NCBI GenBank assembly: GCA_018302335.1
Contig: JAGVZT010000047.1
Span: 1-61,042, forward strand
DNA: 61,042 bases
Source of the DNA: Candidatus Woesearchaeota archaeon
Lineage (GTDB): Archaea; Nanobdellota; Nanobdellia; Woesearchaeales; JAGVZT01
Direction of reading: 5' to 3'
Below, one piece after another: positions 11,356-20,232 of the stretch (position 1 is its first letter; the number at the start of each line of letters is the position of its first letter). The notes below the pieces were generated by a model. That model ran no database searches, was not told the origin of the DNA, and worked only from the letters and a program-made list of their open reading frames with translations. A program made the position numbers and the translations under genes.

Positions 11356-12582
11356 CTACTTAAGATTTGTGGTGCGTTCGAGCGCCAGGATGAGCATCGC
11401 GTGGCTCCACGCAAGGGGCGTGATGCTGGGCTTCCCGTGGGCCTGCTCAGGCAGGTAGGGCCACGTTGGCTCCGCGGAGCGCAGGACGAAGCGGAGCTGC
11501 TCCATGGCGTGGGGATGCTGGCCCGCCTCCTCCAGGACAATCGCCGCGAAACAGCTCAGCAGGGGCCATGGCCCCGCGCCGGTGAATGTGGGCGTGCCGT
11601 GCCCCATTCCGCCGCAATACACATCGCCAGGGTAGCGGACCAGTCCCCCGTCGCGGCCGCACTCCCGGAAGATGCTCTCCAACGTAGGGGACATCCGTGC
11701 ATCGTCCGGCGGGAGGAGCTGAGCGGGCCACACCAGGCCGAGAAGGGAGCTGTCGGTCAGGGAGGAGACATCCCCTGCGGCGTGGGCATGCCGGTACTGC
11801 GACGTCTCGGGATAGGTCCTCGGCAGGGGGCCGCTTCCCGAGGCGTAGGCCAGCCCGAACATTCTCCGCATTCCAGCCGAAAGCTCCCGCCAGTCCGGCA
11901 CGTTCTGGTGCGCGGGAAGCATCTCCGCAGCGAGGTCCATCGCCCGGATGCACATGGCAAGGGAATAGAGGTGATGCTCGCCTGGCTGCGCCGCGCGCTC
12001 CTCCCAGCAGTCATAGTGGGGAAGCGTGAAGCCACCCGCTCTCCCCAAGCTGGCATCCCAGTGGCTGACGAGCCCATCGGCCGCAGTGGAGACAAGTTCC
12101 GCCAGCGAGCCCTCCGGCGCGAGGTTCCAGCGCCTGCAGTGCTCTGCAGCCGCGATGATGACGCTGCCGTTCTGGTCCGGCTGGAACTGGCTGCACGTTC
12201 CTCCGATGTGGAGGAAGCTGCGCTCGAGCTCGGGGGCGAGATGGAGCTCCTCGCGGTTCAGGCCCGTGCCCCCGACGGTGCCGTTGACGTGGTACGCGGT
12301 GTGGAAGATGCCTGTCTCGCGGAAGCCCTCGGCGCGCTCAACGCACCAGGAGAAGAACCTCCGTGGAATGTCCCGCATGCCGAGGCAGTCAGCCGCCATG
12401 GCGATGTATGCCGCGTCCCGGGGCCACACCGCGAGGTAGTCCTGGCAGTCCTTGGGATAGACGGAGAGTCCGCTGTTCGCCGCGACGAGCGCGCCGTTCG
12501 GGAAGGCACTGGCGGCGATGACATCACGGCTGGCCCGGACAAGCTCCGCGACTCTTCCCCGCTCAGCGGCGGAGAAGGGCAT
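11356..12582 (-). CDS. Glycoside hydrolase family 15-like (six-hairpin) protein
   Basis: NGALVAA, YLAVWPRDAAY, FQPDQNG, YDCWEE, DSSLLGL, GLVRYPGDVY, LPEQ..PLAWSHAM. Start overlaps the upstream stop (TGATG). Confidence 0.85.
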   Translation of the reverse strand: MPFSAAERGRVAELVRASRDVIAASAFPNGALVAANSGLSVYPKDCQDYLAVWPRDAAYIAMAADCLGMRDIPRRFFSWCVERAEGFRETGIFHTAYHVNGTVGGTGLNREELHLAPELERSFLHIGGTCSQFQPDQNGSVIIAAAEHCRRWNLAPEGSLAELVSTAADGLVSHWDASLGRAGGFTLPHYDCWEERAAQPGEHHLYSLAMCIRAMDLAAEMLPAHQNVPDWRELSAGMRRMFGLAYASGSGPLPRTYPETSQYRHAHAAGDVSSLTDSSLLGLVWPAQLLPPDDARMSPTLESIFRECGRDGGLVRYPGDVYCGGMGHGTPTFTGAGPWPLLSCFAAIVLEEAGQHPHAMEQLRFVLRSAEPTWPYLPEQAHGKPSITPLAWSHAMLILALERTTNLK

Positions 12583-13379
12583 CAGTGCCCACCGGAGAAG
12601 GCGCCCGTGAGCGGGACGGCGAGGAGCTCCTTGGCCATCGTGGGCTCGACGAGGCGCACTTCCTGGGGCGACAAGCCAAGCGCCTGCCTGGTCTTCTCGT
12701 CCACGACAGCGATGAGCTTGGACTGGCGCTCGATGATGGGCCACTGCTTCTTGTAGGGCTCGTCGCCGATGCCGAGGTCGTAGGAGCGCTTCCCCCGTGA
12801 GATGGTATCGAGGATGTCACGGTGCAGCAGGAAGGTGGGGATGCAGCGTCGCTTGTGCTCGCGGTTCCACCAGCAGCCGAGGTAGTAGACCTGCTCGCCA
12901 TCCTCCATGGTGAGATGCACTCCCAGGAGTTCTTCTCCGACGAAGGCCGCGGTCCATCGCGCCTCCTTGAGGTAGAGGTCCATGCGCTGCCTCATGTCGC
13001 GCTTGGACTCCTTGAACTGGGCGACGAACCATGCGGACGCAGCCTCGAGGTCCCCGGGGCGGCCCTCGCGGAAGGTGACATCGGCGTTGAGCTTCGCGAT
13101 GCGCTTCAGGTCCTTTCTCAGGTCGGAGTCCAGCGCAAGCTCCTCCTGCCGCGGCGGGAGCGCGATGATGTTGGTCTTCGCGTCCTCGTCGTCGCAGACG
13201 GTCCCGACGGGACTATCGCAGTGCACCGAGAACGAGACAAAGGGGAGAGGGAGCTGCCCGACGTCGCGCTCCTCGAGCCAGATGTAGGGGAGGTACCAGA
13301 CGTCGCGGTGGGTCCAGTAGCTCACGTCGCGGGTGAGGCGCACCTTCCGGAACCGAAGCGGCATCGACTTGATGTCCAT
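12582..13379 (-). CDS. GNAT-fold protein (Acetyltransf_6 / FemAB-like)
   Basis: C-terminal VYYLGCWWN...LLHRDILDTISRGKRSYDLGIGDEPYKKQW matches the Acetyltransf_6 pattern. Confidence 0.75.
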   Translation of the reverse strand: MDIKSMPLRFRKVRLTRDVSYWTHRDVWYLPYIWLEERDVGQLPLPFVSFSVHCDSPVGTVCDDEDAKTNIIALPPRQEELALDSDLRKDLKRIAKLNADVTFREGRPGDLEAASAWFVAQFKESKRDMRQRMDLYLKEARWTAAFVGEELLGVHLTMEDGEQVYYLGCWWNREHKRRCIPTFLLHRDILDTISRGKRSYDLGIGDEPYKKQWPIIERQSKLIAVVDEKTRQALGLSPQEVRLVEPTMAKELLAVPLTGAFSGGH

Positions 13380-13450
13380 AGCCAGAGTGAACACCGATAG
13401 GAATAAAAAGCCTGCGGATTTTTTCCGGACCAGATGCATGCCGTAGGTGC

Positions 13451-15871
13451 GTGATGACCGAAGAATTCTCCGGGAAGACTCTCCTGTTCGTGAACTCCGG
13501 TTCCAGGAAGAAGGAATTCATCTTCCAGCGCGCGAAGGACCTCGGCCTGAAGGTCGTGCTGGTCAACTCCCAGCTGAGCTGGGAGAAGAAGTATGTGGAC
13601 CACTTCATCCAGGCGGACACCTATCAGCACGGTGAGGTCCTGCGCAAGCTCCGCTCCTTCCTGAAGCAGGAGCGCTTCGACGGGGCAGTGACGTTCTGGG
13701 AGGACGACGTCCCGCTGCTGGGCGCGATATGCGAGAAGTTCAAGTTTCCCGGCCCCGACAGGGCGAGCGCCCGGCTCTCCAGGAACAAGTACGAGATGCG
13801 GAGCGCCTTCAAGGCGAACGGGACTCCCTGCCCGGACTTCAGGCTCGTGACATCCGAGGAGGAGCTCATCGCCGCCATGCCGGTGATAGGCTTTCCTTCG
13901 GTCATCAAGCCCGCATGGGGTTCAGATAGCGAGTTCGTCATCAAAGTCACCTCCGAAGAGGAGGCGAAGCAGGTCTTCTCCTACGTGAAGAAGAACGCGA
14001 CCCCGAAGTTCAATCCCATCTTCCGCTACAACGATTCGCAGTTCGTGTTCGAACAGTTCATGGAGGGCCACGAGGTCAGCGTGGAGAGCGTGACGCAGGA
14101 CGGCGCGACGCACGTGCTGGCCATCGTGGACAAGGCCCCGATGCGCGAGCCGTACTTCATGGAGCGCGGGGACAGCGCGCCGACGCGCTACCCTGGCGAC
14201 ATGAAGAGGCGCATCGACGAGGCGGTGAAGCTCGCCCACGCCGCGGTGGGGGTGAAGAGCGCGGTGACCCACACCGAGGTGAAAATCACTCCGAACGGCC
14301 CGATGGTCGTGGAGATAGCGTCGCGCATGGGCGGCGACTACATCTGGGACTGGGTCAAGACCATCTGGGGCGTGGACCTCGTGGAGGAGAGCTTCCGCAT
14401 CGCGTTGGGCATCCCTGTTCGGGCGGAGAAGCGCAGGGATCCCGCCTGCCACCTGGTGGGGCAGTACATCATCCCGGAGAACAGCGGCATCATCTCAACC
14501 ATCCAGGGAGCGTCTGACCTGGGGAAGCAGCCCGGCATCCACAGCGTCTACCTCGCCAAGCGCGTCGGAGACACCATCCTCGTCCCGCCCGAGGGCTTCG
14601 AGACCGTGGGGTGGGTGGTAGCCCAGGGGGAGAGCGAGACCGAGGCCGAGCGCAACCTCTTCAACGCCGTGTCGGCGCTGAAGGTGGAGGTCATCCAGTT
14701 CAAGCCCACGAGCAGCATCGGGAAGACGGTGCGGCCGAACAAGTGGAGCGCAGCGTCCCTGAACCGGCGCGAGATCCTCTCCGGGGCGCGCATCGAGCGC
14801 CTCAGGACCTTCACTCGGGAGGACGTGAAGAAGCTGAACGTGGGTATCCTCTGCAATGTCTACGACACCGGCGCAAATGGCACCGCGAGCGAGGTGGAGG
14901 CGGACCTCATGTCAGTGGGTCTGAACATCCAGAAGGCCCTGGAATCCCGGGGCCACAAGGTGACCTTCTTTGACATGAACGAGGACCCCATCCCCTTCAT
15001 GAAGCTCTACCGCTCCAAGGTGGACATCCTCTTCAATGTCTGCGAGCGCATCAACGACTCCTCCCTCCTGGAATCCCACGGCGCCGCCCTGCTGGACATC
15101 CTGAAATACCCGTACACTGGCTCGAATCCCCTGACGCTGGCGCTCTCGATAGACAAGATACGAGTCAAGCAGCTGCTGGACTTCCACAACATCCCCACGC
15201 CGAAGTGGGACTACGCGTACAGCATGGACGACGACATAGATGAGGAGCTGCGCTACCCCCTCATCGTGAAGCCGGCAGACACGGACAACTCCATCGGCAT
15301 CACGAACGAGTCCGTGGTGACGGACAAGGAGCAGCTCCGGGGCCAGCTCCAGAAAGTCATCGTGGACAACGGCAGGCCGGCGCTGGTGGAGGAGTACATC
15401 GACGGCGACGAGTACGACGTGAGCATCATGGGGAGCGAGGACGACGTGAAGGTCCTGCCGCTCTCGCGGAGCATCTTCGACGACCTGCCCCCGGGCTTCT
15501 GGCACATCTTCCCCTACGACGCGAAGTGGCATGATGGCACGGTCTACGACAAGATACGCAGCGAGCGGCCGCCGAAGATACTCAACAGGCTGGCGCGGCT
15601 CATCACGGAGATTGCCCTGGATACGTACAACATCCTCGACTGCCACGACTACGGACGTGTGGAGATACGCGTGGACAAGGAAGGGAATCCTTTCGTGCTG
15701 GAGCTGAACCCGAACCCGAGCATCAACCGGAATGACTGCGTCCCGGCGTGCGCGGAGCTGGTGGGGATGAGCTACGAGGACTTCATCGAGGAGATACTGT
15801 TCTCTGCCATCAAGCGCTACAAGGACAGGCCACCCTACTACCACTTGCAGAGCACCCAGGCGTTCTTCTGA
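13451..15871 (+). CDS. Tandem ATP-grasp ligase: L-amino-acid-ligase-like N half fused to a D-Ala-D-Ala-ligase-like C half
   Basis: N half: SRNKYEMR, IGFPSVIKP, EQFMEGHEVSVE, THTEVK, VEIASRMGG plus a LAL-type C subdomain. C half: FNVCE, PYTGS, DKIRVK, YPLIVKP, VEEYIDG, YGRVEIR, LELNPNP. Confidence 0.88.
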   Translation: MMTEEFSGKTLLFVNSGSRKKEFIFQRAKDLGLKVVLVNSQLSWEKKYVDHFIQADTYQHGEVLRKLRSFLKQERFDGAVTFWEDDVPLLGAICEKFKFPGPDRASARLSRNKYEMRSAFKANGTPCPDFRLVTSEEELIAAMPVIGFPSVIKPAWGSDSEFVIKVTSEEEAKQVFSYVKKNATPKFNPIFRYNDSQFVFEQFMEGHEVSVESVTQDGATHVLAIVDKAPMREPYFMERGDSAPTRYPGDMKRRIDEAVKLAHAAVGVKSAVTHTEVKITPNGPMVVEIASRMGGDYIWDWVKTIWGVDLVEESFRIALGIPVRAEKRRDPACHLVGQYIIPENSGIISTIQGASDLGKQPGIHSVYLAKRVGDTILVPPEGFETVGWVVAQGESETEAERNLFNAVSALKVEVIQFKPTSSIGKTVRPNKWSAASLNRREILSGARIERLRTFTREDVKKLNVGILCNVYDTGANGTASEVEADLMSVGLNIQKALESRGHKVTFFDMNEDPIPFMKLYRSKVDILFNVCERINDSSLLESHGAALLDILKYPYTGSNPLTLALSIDKIRVKQLLDFHNIPTPKWDYAYSMDDDIDEELRYPLIVKPADTDNSIGITNESVVTDKEQLRGQLQKVIVDNGRPALVEEYIDGDEYDVSIMGSEDDVKVLPLSRSIFDDLPPGFWHIFPYDAKWHDGTVYDKIRSERPPKILNRLARLITEIALDTYNILDCHDYGRVEIRVDKEGNPFVLELNPNPSINRNDCVPACAELVGMSYEDFIEEILFSAIKRYKDRPPYYHLQSTQAFF

Positions 15872-15888
15872 GCTCGGGTGGGGACCGG

Positions 15889-15959
15889 CGGCCGCAATGG
15901 CGTCCGTTCTCCGCGCTGTCTCGCTGCTCTCGGTGCGAGCAAACGCTTAAGAGCGGCCG
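15889..15959 (-). repeat. CGGCCG-bounded repeat; one half conserved, other half replaced by a promoter
   Basis: Reverse complement ends GCGAGACAGCGCGGAGAACGGACGCCATTGCGGCCG, matching the consensus right half. Confidence 0.6.
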
Positions 15960-15981
15960 GGCGTTCCCTCCGCCGGGGGAG

Positions 15982-16899
15982 ATGGCAACTTCGCTGGACT
16001 ATCAAGGACTGAGCTACCAGCAGCTGCTCTGGAGCCTCATCGCGAAGGCCTGCTCCGCTGGCCTGAAGGCCGAGTTCTACGGAGTGCTGCGCTATCCGGA
16101 GGGGGAGTTCCCGCTGCTGAAGCTCTCCTCCATGGAGCACGAGAGGCTCGTGGTCGTCTCGGCGAACATCCACGGGGACGAGGTCGCCGGCGCGCTCACC
16201 TTCGAGCACCTCGGGGATATCTTCTCCTACGCGGATGCCCGGAAGGTGAGCCTCATTGCCTACCCCTGCACCAATCCCACAGGCTTCGACCGCCGCATCC
16301 GCTACAACATCCGGAACGAGATGGGGAACAACGATTTCCTGCGGTACATCCTCCCTGACGGCAGCGCGGTGGACGACATCGGCGAGGGGCGGGATTTCGT
16401 CGAGTGGAAGTGGTCCTCGGACGCATCACTGGGCCAGAAGCTCCCTCTGGAGACGCAGCTGCTGCATGAGGAGCTGAAGAGGCTGCCCTTCGGGTGCATC
16501 AAGGGTGCTGCGGACCTGCACCAGGACTGCTTCCTGGACTTCTGCGCCACGCACTATGGCAGCTATGCGTATGTCCTGGACAAGAAGGAGGAGTTGGCGC
16601 CCATCGCGCGGCAGGCTGAGGGCATCGTGCCGCTCCTGCGGAACACCCAGATCACCTCTGGCTACGGCACGGTCGTCGACGAGAACGGGCAGGTCATTGC
16701 CAACTCCTCCATCGGGCCGTGGACGGACGGGCATGGCTTTGTGAAGCGCCACGACGGCTCGCTGCAGGACCTCTTCCATCGGCTTGGCGTTCCGTACACC
16801 GTCACCGTGGAAACGACGGGAAATGTCCCGCTGGAGAAGTCTGTCGCGGTCAATCTCGCCTGGGTCCGGGGCATCATCGACCTCGCGGCGCGGGCGTAG
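15982..16899 (+). CDS. M14-family zinc carboxypeptidase / succinylglutamate desuccinylase-like protein
   Basis: SANIHGDEVAG (HxxE), YPCTNPTGF..RYN, ADLHQD and catalytic TVET. Confidence 0.85.
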   Translation: MATSLDYQGLSYQQLLWSLIAKACSAGLKAEFYGVLRYPEGEFPLLKLSSMEHERLVVVSANIHGDEVAGALTFEHLGDIFSYADARKVSLIAYPCTNPTGFDRRIRYNIRNEMGNNDFLRYILPDGSAVDDIGEGRDFVEWKWSSDASLGQKLPLETQLLHEELKRLPFGCIKGAADLHQDCFLDFCATHYGSYAYVLDKKEELAPIARQAEGIVPLLRNTQITSGYGTVVDENGQVIANSSIGPWTDGHGFVKRHDGSLQDLFHRLGVPYTVTVETTGNVPLEKSVAVNLAWVRGIIDLAARA

Positions 16900-16969
16900 G
16901 CTCTGCTGGTGAGCCGAAATCCTTCCGGAATCGGAACAGCAACCGTTATGAACGCTGCGTCCTGGCTTC

Positions 16970-17089
16970 ATGACTGAAGCTTTTTACCGGCTGCGCGTCG
17001 GCCAATACCGTGTCATTCTGGACATTGCTGATGCGGAACTCATCATCTACGTCATCGAGCTTTGCCACAGCCGGGACATCTACGCCTGA
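16970..17089 (+). pseudogene. C-terminal fragment of a RelE/ParE-family toxin (39 aa)
   Basis: Hand translation MTEAFYRLRVGQYRVILDIADAELIIYVIELCHSRDIYA fits the RelE C-terminal pattern YRLRVGxYRVI...HRxxIY. An in-frame TGA at 16949 removes the N half. Confidence 0.75.
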
Positions 17090-18189
17090 GTCCAGCGCTC
17101 GCCGTCCCACGCGTACGGGACGCCGTCGAACGCGATTCTTCCGCCTTCTCTGAGGTCCTTGATGAGGTCCCAGTGGATTGCGCTCTTGTTGAGGCCGCCG
17201 TTCTCGTCATAGGCGCGGCCCAGCGCGAAGTGCGCGCTGCCGCCGATTTTCTCGTCGAAAAGGATGCGCTTGGTGCTGCGCTGGATGCCCGGGTTCGTGC
17301 CGATGCCGAGCTCTCCCAGCGTCCGCGAGCCGCTGTCCGTGTCGAGCATGGCGATGAGGAACTCCTCGTTCTTCGCTGCGCTGGCGTCGATGACTTTCCC
17401 GGCTGAGAACTTCAGGGTGACATCAGCGACCTCGCGCGCCTGGTAGACCTGCGGGAACTCCGAGAAGCGGATGATGCCGTCGACCGCGTCCTCCAGGGGC
17501 GCGGTGAAGACCTCGCCGCTCGGCATGTTGTGTGTGCCCGCTGAGTTTATTGCATTCCGGCCGGAGACTCCGAGGGTGAGGTCGGTGTCCTTGCCCAGGA
17601 TGCGCACTTCGCTGGAGCGGTTGAGCAGGTCCGCGAGAGACTGCTGCGTGGCCTCGAGCTCCTTCCATGCGCGCATCGGGTCCTCGCGCTCGAGGAACAT
17701 CGAGGCGTAGACGAAGCGCTCGAACTCCGGGAGGGACATCTCCGCATCCTGGGCGTAGGCGTCGGTGGGGTAGAGCGTCGAGGTCCAGCGGACTTTTTCG
17801 CTTCCGTCCGGATTCCTGCCCATGATGCGCTCGCTCACGGGTTGGAGAACCTTGCTTCTTGCGGAGACGCGGCCGGGGTCGACGCCCGAGAGCGATTTCG
17901 TGTTGGTCTCCGAGGCGACGTGGACGAGGACGTCTGCATGCTCCGCGTCGAACATCTCGAAGACAGAGCGCGCCATGACGTCGTCGCTCGCATGCTCGTA
18001 GTAGAGCGGCCCTTGCCAGCCGAAAGCAATGCGCAGGACGGGCTCCGCCCCTCGGCGCAGCACCGCGGCGTACAGTTCGCGGAGCAGCGGTTCCGCCACC
18101 GGCGTTCCGCGGATGAGCACGCGGTCTCCGGAGGCTACCGGCGCGCTGTAGTCGATAAGAAGCGACGCGTACCTCTCCATCAGGTCCAT
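17080..18189 (-). CDS. M29 aminopeptidase (AmpS / aminopeptidase T)
   Basis: YAQDAEMSL, NMPSGEVFTAP, LGELGIGTN, ILFDEKIGGSAHFALGRAY, NKSAIHWD. Confidence 0.95.
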   Translation of the reverse strand: MDLMERYASLLIDYSAPVASGDRVLIRGTPVAEPLLRELYAAVLRRGAEPVLRIAFGWQGPLYYEHASDDVMARSVFEMFDAEHADVLVHVASETNTKSLSGVDPGRVSARSKVLQPVSERIMGRNPDGSEKVRWTSTLYPTDAYAQDAEMSLPEFERFVYASMFLEREDPMRAWKELEATQQSLADLLNRSSEVRILGKDTDLTLGVSGRNAINSAGTHNMPSGEVFTAPLEDAVDGIIRFSEFPQVYQAREVADVTLKFSAGKVIDASAAKNEEFLIAMLDTDSGSRTLGELGIGTNPGIQRSTKRILFDEKIGGSAHFALGRAYDENGGLNKSAIHWDLIKDLREGGRIAFDGVPYAWDGERWTQA

Positions 18190-18270
18190 AACACTCACCC
18201 CGCGCAGGGGGGTGGCTGGGCGCTTAAAAGCGTTTGCCGGGCTTGGCGTCGGTCGGGCTAACCTCGAACC

Positions 18271-18864
18271 CTACCTGCTCGAGTCCGCCTGGCGCTCAAT
18301 CTCGAGCTTGCGCGCGATGGCCAGGGAGTTGGCGTTCGACTGGAACGCGGAGAGAATCTCGTCAGCGAGCGCGTGCTCCGCGCTAACCTTCTTGTCGAAG
18401 CACCGCGTGTACGTGCCCTGGACGAAGAAGCGCAGCGCCACGTCGACGCGCCGCTGGGGAGCGCACTCGACTGCCTTCGGGTATCTCGCGCCGCCGTACT
18501 CAATCGAGATGATCTCCTCGCGCGGAGCGGCGTTCTCAATCGCCTTGACAAAGACTTCGAGGGGGTTCTTCTTGGTGCGTTGCTCGATGATGGTAAAGGC
18601 AGACTCGACAAGCTTGAGGGTATGGACCTTCTTCCCGGTGTTGTGGCCCGAGGAGCGGTTGTGCTTCTTTCCCTTGTGGCCAGGGACCATGAGCTTGCCT
18701 ACCAGCCGCTCCACGATGAACGTCTTGGACCTGTGGAATCGCAATTTCGCATTTCTGCCGCCGGTGCTCGCGACCACGGAGGTCGCAAGGGAGATATAGT
18801 CCTTCAGCCCGGGGTCGGTGACCTTGATGCCTTCTGCGCTCCAGCGGTTGAATGACAGCACCAT
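18271..18864 (-). CDS. rps7: 30S ribosomal protein S7 (uS7), archaeal type
   Basis: IVERLVGKLM, NPLEVFVKAIENAAPREE, YGGARYPKAVECAPQRRVDVALR, ERQADSSR. Confidence 0.97.
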   Translation of the reverse strand: MVLSFNRWSAEGIKVTDPGLKDYISLATSVVASTGGRNAKLRFHRSKTFIVERLVGKLMVPGHKGKKHNRSSGHNTGKKVHTLKLVESAFTIIEQRTKKNPLEVFVKAIENAAPREEIISIEYGGARYPKAVECAPQRRVDVALRFFVQGTYTRCFDKKVSAEHALADEILSAFQSNANSLAIARKLEIERQADSSR

Positions 18865-18944
18865 GTTCCCTGGGAGCAATCCCGGTGGCTTTTTAAAGGT
18901 TTCTCTGAGAAAGGTTTTAATACTGTCAGGACGCCCGGGAAGCC

Positions 18945-20231
18945 ATGCCAGAGCCCGGCGACCGCGTCCGCGTGCGCACCCCGAAGGAGACGGTGGAAGG
19001 CCTGCTCATGCCCACTCCCGAGTACCAGGCGGACATCCTGGTGCTCAAGCTTGACAGCGGCTACAATGTCGGTATCGATAGGAAGACTCTTTCTTCGGTC
19101 GAGTTGGTGAGCAGTCAGCGAGATGCCCACGCGGCAACGCGGCCGAGAGAGCAGAAGAAAAATCTTCCTCTCATCACCGTGCTGCACACCGGGGGCACCA
19201 TCGCGAGCAAGGTGGACTACAAGACCGGAGGGGTCGTCGCACGATTCTCCCCCGAGGAGCTCCTGGGCCTCTTCCCTGAGCTGGGGGACATCGCCCAGGT
19301 CCGTTCGAGACTGGTGCGCAACATGTGGAGCGAGGACATGCGCTTCCCGCATTACAACCTCCTCGCGGAAGAGGTCGCGAAAGAGGCGAGGGCCAGGGGC
19401 GTCATCATCACTCACGGGACAGACACCTTGCACTACTCGGCCGCCGCTCTTGCCTTCGCCCTGGAGAACATCAACATCCCCGTGCTCCTCGTGGGCGCCC
19501 AGCGGAGCTCCGATAGGGGAAGCAGCGACGCAGGGATGAATCTTCTGAGCGCCGCGCGGTTCATCGCGGCGAACACCGGCTTCCATGGCGTCGCGCCCTG
19601 CATGCACGCATCGCGGAGCGATGACGACTGCTGGATACTGCCGCCCTGCCGGACGAGGAAGATGCACACCTCGCGCAGGGACGCATTCCGTCCGGTGAAC
19701 GCGGGGCCGCTCGCGCGCGTGCGCCATGGCGAAGTCACCATCCTCGACCGGAGCAGCCATCACTTCAGCCAGCCCGGCCCGTTCCGCCTTCGCCCCTTCC
19801 AGGATGTCAAGGTCGGCCTCCTGAAGGCCCATACCAACATGTTCGCCTCCGAGTGGCTCGCATACAAGGGCTTCCACGGACTCGTGGTCGAGGCCACCGG
19901 CCTCGGCCAGGCTCCGGTCAACGAGATTGACGCGGAGACGAAAGAGCACGCGAAGATACGCACCGCGCTCAAGGAGCTTCTCGCGGAAACCGTTGTCGCG
20001 TTCGCCCCCCAGACCATCTATGGACGCCTGAACATGGATGTCTACCAGCCTGCGAGGGAGCTGCAGGACCTTGGCGTCCTTGGGCACCTGTGCGACATGA
20101 CGCCCGAGACCGCGTTCATCAAACTCGCGTGGCTGCTGAGCAACGAGCCAAAGCGTGTCAGAGAGCTTTACGCGAAGGACCTGCGCGGAGAGCTCAGGGA
20201 GCGCAGCGAGCCCGAGCGCTTCCTGGTGTGA
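18945..20231 (+). CDS. gatD: Glu-tRNA(Gln) amidotransferase subunit D
   Basis: LKLDSGYNVGI, HTGGTIASKVDYKTG, THGTDT, GAQRSSDRGSSD, RKMHTSRRDAF. Confidence 0.97.
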   Translation: MPEPGDRVRVRTPKETVEGLLMPTPEYQADILVLKLDSGYNVGIDRKTLSSVELVSSQRDAHAATRPREQKKNLPLITVLHTGGTIASKVDYKTGGVVARFSPEELLGLFPELGDIAQVRSRLVRNMWSEDMRFPHYNLLAEEVAKEARARGVIITHGTDTLHYSAAALAFALENINIPVLLVGAQRSSDRGSSDAGMNLLSAARFIAANTGFHGVAPCMHASRSDDDCWILPPCRTRKMHTSRRDAFRPVNAGPLARVRHGEVTILDRSSHHFSQPGPFRLRPFQDVKVGLLKAHTNMFASEWLAYKGFHGLVVEATGLGQAPVNEIDAETKEHAKIRTALKELLAETVVAFAPQTIYGRLNMDVYQPARELQDLGVLGHLCDMTPETAFIKLAWLLSNEPKRVRELYAKDLRGELRERSEPERFLV

Positions 20232-20232
20232 G

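Noticed and set aside
10636..12756. 706-aa plus-strand ORF
   Set aside because: Shadow of the GH15-like and neighbouring minus-strand genes; Arg/Pro/Gly-rich sequence without motifs.
13451..15871. Calling the ATP-grasp protein ddl (peptidoglycan synthesis)
   Set aside because: Canonical Ddl substrate-binding motifs are missing, it is fused to a second ligase, and no mur genes are present in this archaeal context.
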